Source: Macrostomum hystrix
Taxonomy: Eukaryota; Animalia; Platyhelminthes
Direction: 5' to 3'
Assembly: GCA_950097015.1 (NCBI GenBank)
Contig: CATNEN010000031.1
Coordinates: 1-64,000, forward strand
Length of the DNA stretch: 64,000 nt
Shown here: positions 59,909 through 64,000 of the stretch, in pieces
Numbering within the stretch: position 1 is the stretch's first letter
Layout of the letters: each line of letters starts with the position of its first letter
Position numbers and translations under genes: made by a program
The notes under the pieces: generated by a model
Database searches by the model: none
The model's input: only the letters and a program-made list of their open reading frames with translations
Told to the model about the DNA's origin: nothing

Positions 59909-60478
59909 CCAGATGTCGAGCGCACCGACGCAGCAGCACCAGATGTCGTGCGCACCGAGGCAGCAGCACCAGATGTCGAGCGCACCGAGGCAGCAGCACC
60001 AGATGTCGTGCGCACCGAGGCAGCAGCACCAGATGTCGACCGCACCGACGCAGCAGCACCAGATGTCGTGCGCACCGAGGCAGCAGCACCAGATGTCGAG
60101 CGCACCGAGGCAGCAGCACCAGATGTCGTGCGCACCGAGGCAGCAGCACCAGATGTCGAGCGCACCGACGCAGCAGCACCAGATGTCGAGCGCACCGACG
60201 CAGCAGCACCAGATGTCGAGCGCACCGACGCAGCAGCACCAGATGTCGAGCGCACCGACGCAGCAGCACCAGATGTCGAGCGCACCGACGCAGCAGCACC
60301 AGATGTCGAGCGCACCGACGCAGCAGCACCAGATGTCGTGCGCACCGAGGCAGCAGCACCAGATGTCGAGCGCACCGACGCAGCAGCACCAGATGTCGAG
60401 CGCACCGACGCAGCAGCACCAGATGTCGTGCGCACCAAGGCAGCAGCACCAGATGTCGTGCGCACCGAGGCAGCAGCA
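59909..60478. repeat. 30-bp minisatellite x19 (ccagatgtcg[a/t]gcgcaccga[c/g]gcagcagca)
   Basis: Exact 30-bp periodicity with variation almost confined to two positions. It explains the four long repeat ORFs. Confidence 0.97.
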
Positions 60479-60639
60479 CCAGAATCGGAAGCGGTCTCGG
60501 AAGATGAGCGCTCAAAGGTGGCTTGATTGGTGCTATCGTATTCGACAAAACCCGAAAAAAACGCCAGCCACGGATGACCTAAAAGGAGTTTAGTGAGTTC
60601 ATGAGTACTTAGCTTAAAAATAGGGAAGTGGGAAGTGCA

Positions 60640-60845
60640 GTTGACGCATTGGACGGTCGGAGGCACACTGTGAGTGTACAAGCGTCGACGAGCTGCCTGA
60701 GGATGAAGTCAGGGCAGAGTTTACATACAGAGTACAAGAGTACACACACAGACACACACACACACACACACTTTCTAGTGAGTATGCGCGTGTCTGTTCA
60801 GGGGTCAGCGAAATTGGCAGAATTGCCTTTTTGCAGGCTGCTAAT
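60640..60845 (+). mobile_element. Degenerate SINE copy related to 51928-52296, with internal (CA)n
   Basis: ctgaggatgaagtcagggcaga and ttcaggggtcagcgaaattggcagaattgcc..ggctgc resemble ctgacgatgaaaaagtcagggcaga and ctcaggagtcagcggaatgggcagaattgcc..ggctgc. Confidence 0.6.
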
Positions 60846-60896
60846 CCAAGCACAACGAACTTAAAAAAAATATGTAAAAAATATGGTATAACAAAC

Positions 60897-63298
60897 CCAG
60901 ACTCATGATCCAGATTTCGATTAAACGATCCGGTTGAAACAGAGGAGCTGCTCCTGGGATTGAACTGTAGCTCGTCTCTGACGCGCCAGACTTTGAGAAG
61001 CTGCTCCTTTGACATCGAATTGACTGGAATATTCGGTGGAACGCCTAGAGGCCATGAGGACCAAAATCCCTGGGCTGGATATTTTACGTAGTTCAGACGA
61101 CGGCCGCCGCCTGACTGCTCTAAAAGCATTACAGGATTGTGCTCATACAAGTTAATTATAATAATCTGAAAGTAGTAACATAATTTGGATAGATGGACAT
61201 ACACAATCGAGGACTACATTACATTCTACATTCTGAAATACGTTTAACGGAATGATATACAATGATATACGATTATGCAGAATAGTCGCACTTACTATAC
61301 TTAAGCTGTAGCATGGAAGCGCATGAAGAGCGCAACTCTTCGATTGTCATGTCATCGGTAGAACCGCTGCTGCGAAAGAACGCATACTAAAAAGAGACAA
61401 AACGTTGAATAACGATTTAACTCGCGTTCAACTTGGTATTCGCATGTGGACTAAAGCGCTAGAAGTTACTTACTGAAGCGAAATTCGTCCGCTCTGCGGC
61501 TCCACTAACATCAGGGGTTTCAAGAATGACTAGTTTGCGGTCTGGCAGACGAATTACACAAGAGGCACTGCCTCCGATTTTTGCCAACTGGGTAACCTAG
61601 TTGAAAATTAAAGGTATGCGAGATATCACAAAATAGGTATATATCTCGTATACGCTCGTATATGTAATTGGTCAGTGCTCAGTGACTAACCAAAGATTCG
61701 AACTTGCGCTTCAGCTTTATGGACTCCACTTTCTTTCCTGCTTGGTTCTCAGCATTCGCTCTCTCAGCAGCTAGCTTAAGACGCTCCAGCTCTTCAGGAG
61801 GCAGGTTTGCAAATATTTGGCTTAAGTTCTGCGAATTAGCTACAATTGGTGGAAAATTGAATATACGCTTTTGTAGTAATGCAAGGTGCAGCAGGAAATG
61901 TGCGGTGGTGCAAGTTGCGGTGAAGCAAGATACGATGGTGCAAGGTTAGGTGAGGCAAGGTGTGGTGGAGCAAGCTGCGGTGGGGCAAGGTGCAGCTGGA
62001 AAGGTGCGTGTGTTGCGTACGTGCAAGTGTTGACTTACATTTAGCATAAAATTCAAGGAGGAAGAATATTGGTAAAATTCAGGTAGTGTAGCTCGCTTTA
62101 GGAACAATAGATAAATGAAGGTAAGAATCAGCATAATATGTTATTGCCGATGCATGTTGTCCACAATGGTAATCTTCAGAACTCAATAATTTATTAAACA
62201 AAAAACGACACAAGAAAAGAAATATATTCATAAATATATTATATTGATTTGAACATATATATATTATTACGGTTGACGAGAGAATAAAAGTACAAGACTA
62301 TGTGCTAAATTTTGGGTGTAAAGGCATGGTACGCGTCAAGTCAGTCCAGTCCAGTTTTGAGCAAGCAAACTAAAAAAGTTGAAGCTGACGGCTAGCACCC
62401 CGCATGGTGAGCTGATTGTTAAGAGTAGGTTTTTGGGCCTTAATGTACATAGCCTCTAATAGGCGAAGTTTGTAATCGTTCTTACAAAACCTTATAGTCT
62501 TAATAATTTCATGTGGTTCAGCGTCACAGCATCTCTTGCGTGGGAGCAGATGTTCATTAATGGCAGAGTTCTTAAGCCAGTGTTCTCTAACCCTCGTGTA
62601 CAGGTTTCGCTTAGTCTTTCCTATATAGGAAATGTTCCGGTCACCAGAACAATAAAATTTGTACACAACACCAGCTGCAGCAAGAGGTCGAGGCACACTA
62701 TATCTCAGATTGCTCACAAACATAGCGATCTTTTCGGTGCGAAAAACAAGACGAATTTGAGCATTGAGATTTTTTTCGGAATAACTTTCTGATCTTTTTA
62801 AACTCAACAGAGCACAATCCAAGAAAGGTAACGAAATAATATGATTCTTAGGCTCAAAAGCTTGCAAACTCTGCGGGTCATCCAGCTTTTCACACAGAAA
62901 CTTGTTAATACTCGTAATTCTAGACAGGAAGGTTCTCAGGTAGCCGATAAGACCAAATAAACGTGTCAGATGTTCAATCTCATTGTGGAACAGCTCCCAC
63001 GAACTGCAGATGAAAAAGGCCCGATGAAGAAAACAACGAACAAGACCAATTTTTCCATTGCTTTGGGCAAAGGGCATCAAACCTAAGCAGGGAAGCAAGC
63101 CTTCATAAAATCAATCTAATATACTTCTGAACAATTTCCTATCATTTTTTCGTTTTGGTTTAATAAATTATGGCAAAAAATAATATATTGACTCTTACCT
63201 AAATTTAAATATTGTTAAAAACTTACAACTCAAGTCACTTCGTCCTTTTTGTTGTTCCATACAGAACACATTCCAAGAAGAAAGCTTTCTCAACATGC
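60897..63298 (-). CDS. Multi-exon gene with divergent HMG-box-like domain; supported exons 63298-63227, 61839-61691, 61596-61474, 61386-61296, 61119-~60897 (5' and 3' ends unresolved)
   Basis: GT-AG junctions with consistent phases (1,1,0,0,1) give one open frame: MLRKLSSWNVFCMEQQKGRSDLS|SNSQNLSQIFANLPPEELERLKLAAERAN..KLKRKFESL|VTQLAKIGGSASCVIRLP..|YAFFR..EELRSSCASMLQLKY|KQSGG..NYVKYPAQGFWSSWPLGVPPNIPVNSMSKEQLLKVW. The first two exons together match the HMG-box pattern (K.S.WN.F..E / S..F..L.PEE..R....AE). Confidence 0.68.
61901..61990. repeat. Degenerate 15-bp repeat x6 (tgcggtgg.gcaag.)
   Basis: Units start at 61901, 61916, 61931, 61946, 61961 and 61976. They read LAPPx pentapeptides on the minus strand and lie in the predicted HMG-gene intron. 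Confidence 0.75.
62135..63095 (-). mobile_element. 5'-truncated Penelope-like retroelement (RT C-terminus + GIY-YIG endonuclease) in an intron of the HMG-like gene
   Basis: GLVRCFLHRA..CSSWELFHNEI, GVVYKFYC...SYIGKTKRNLYTRVREH and LRLLEAMYIKAQKPTLNNQ (ORF 62370-63098). There is a frameshift at the 5' end, and the 3' boundary is approximate. Confidence 0.9.
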
Positions 63299-63399
63299 CT
63301 GCAATTTGAAGATAGGCATATCATTATTTAGAAAAAAACATTGACAATTTAAAAACGCAATCAATAAACGACAAACAAGACGAGAAAAAGAAAATTCAA

Positions 63400-63770
63400 T
63401 ACAAAAAAGAAATAGGAAAACTAGGGTAATATTAAGAATACCATAATTAAGGGCAGAAAGGGGATAAAAAGGAAAAAGAAGGACAACTGGGAAACTGGGA
63501 AGCAGGGAAAGGGAAAGAAGAGGACGAATAGGAAAAATACGAAATAAGGAGCAGGACAAAGGGGATATAAGGAGACAAGAAGGGGGTGGAAAGGAGGGAC
63601 TTGAATACAAAGAAGGGGAGGAAAGGGGATTGGAAAAGAGGAAGAAAAAGGAAAGAAGGCGAAGGGAGGGGATTGGAAAAAAAGGGAGGAAAAGGAATGG
63701 AAAAGAGGACACAAAGGGGGTTAGAAAGGAGAAAAGGATTGGGAAGGAATGGAATAGTAAAAATGAGCAA
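63400..63770. repeat. Purine-rich (G/A) low-complexity tract
   Basis: Almost exclusively A/G on + (ggaaaaagaaggacaactggga...gaaaggagaaaaggattggg). The F/P/S/L-rich and K/R/E/G-rich ORFs here are compositional artefacts. Confidence 0.9.
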
Positions 63771-64000
63771 AACTTATTCTATATGGCTAAGATAAGATTA
63801 GCTACTACTAGCTATTGGCTATTGCTAGATCAGGATCAAGAACCGTCTTTGCAACCTTCCTAATCTAGTAGTGGGGTCGGGATCGGAGCAGGAGCATGGA
63901 TACCCGAAATAATCTTACTGCATGGTGTGCAGTGAGATTGAACGCGAAGTAAGGAATCGTAGAGCAATCAAGAGGAGGCTGAAAAAGGCAAAATTAACGA

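Noticed and set aside
63290-63863. F/P/L/S-rich and K/R/E/G-rich ORFs
   Set aside because: They are products of the purine-rich low-complexity tract. Only the 72-nt exon at 63298-63227 is supported.
63890-64000. Plus-strand frame CMVCSEIEREVRNRRAIKRRLKK at the window edge
   Set aside because: It looks protein-like but is truncated by the window and too short to assign.

Overview
AT-rich eukaryotic (invertebrate-animal-like) genomic DNA with short GT-AG introns, at the edge of a large satellite array. Bases 1-26562 are a ~306-319 bp satellite built from three monomer classes (A/B/C, ~943 bp higher-order unit). The rest is TE-dense. It contains two different Crypton-type tyrosine recombinase (YR) elements (one bracketed by a 298-bp, 99% identical inverted repeat), a decayed DIRS/Ngaro-like RT-RNaseH-YR remnant and a decayed Gypsy LTR element. 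The Gypsy LTRs share only R/U5, the 3' U3 carries two perfect heat-shock elements, and a nearly intact Buster/Charlie-type hAT is nested inside it. There is also a 2.6-kb C/T-rich minisatellite, an IS630/Tc1-like pseudo-transposon with IR/DR ends, a 5'-truncated Penelope-like element, tRNA-derived SINEs and several minisatellites. Two host-like genes can be spliced by hand: a 2-exon GT31 beta-1,3-glycosyltransferase and a 3-exon secreted PAN/TSP1 protein. The most interesting structure is only partly visible in the ORF track. It is a fully open 9-exon (749 aa) CxC-KDZ (Kyakuja-Dileera-Zisupton) transposase gene on + facing a multi-exon divergent HMG-box gene on -, possibly a large intron-rich two-gene KDZ element or a domesticated pair in an animal. 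All gene models were derived by eye from splice signals and frame continuity. No database searches were run.
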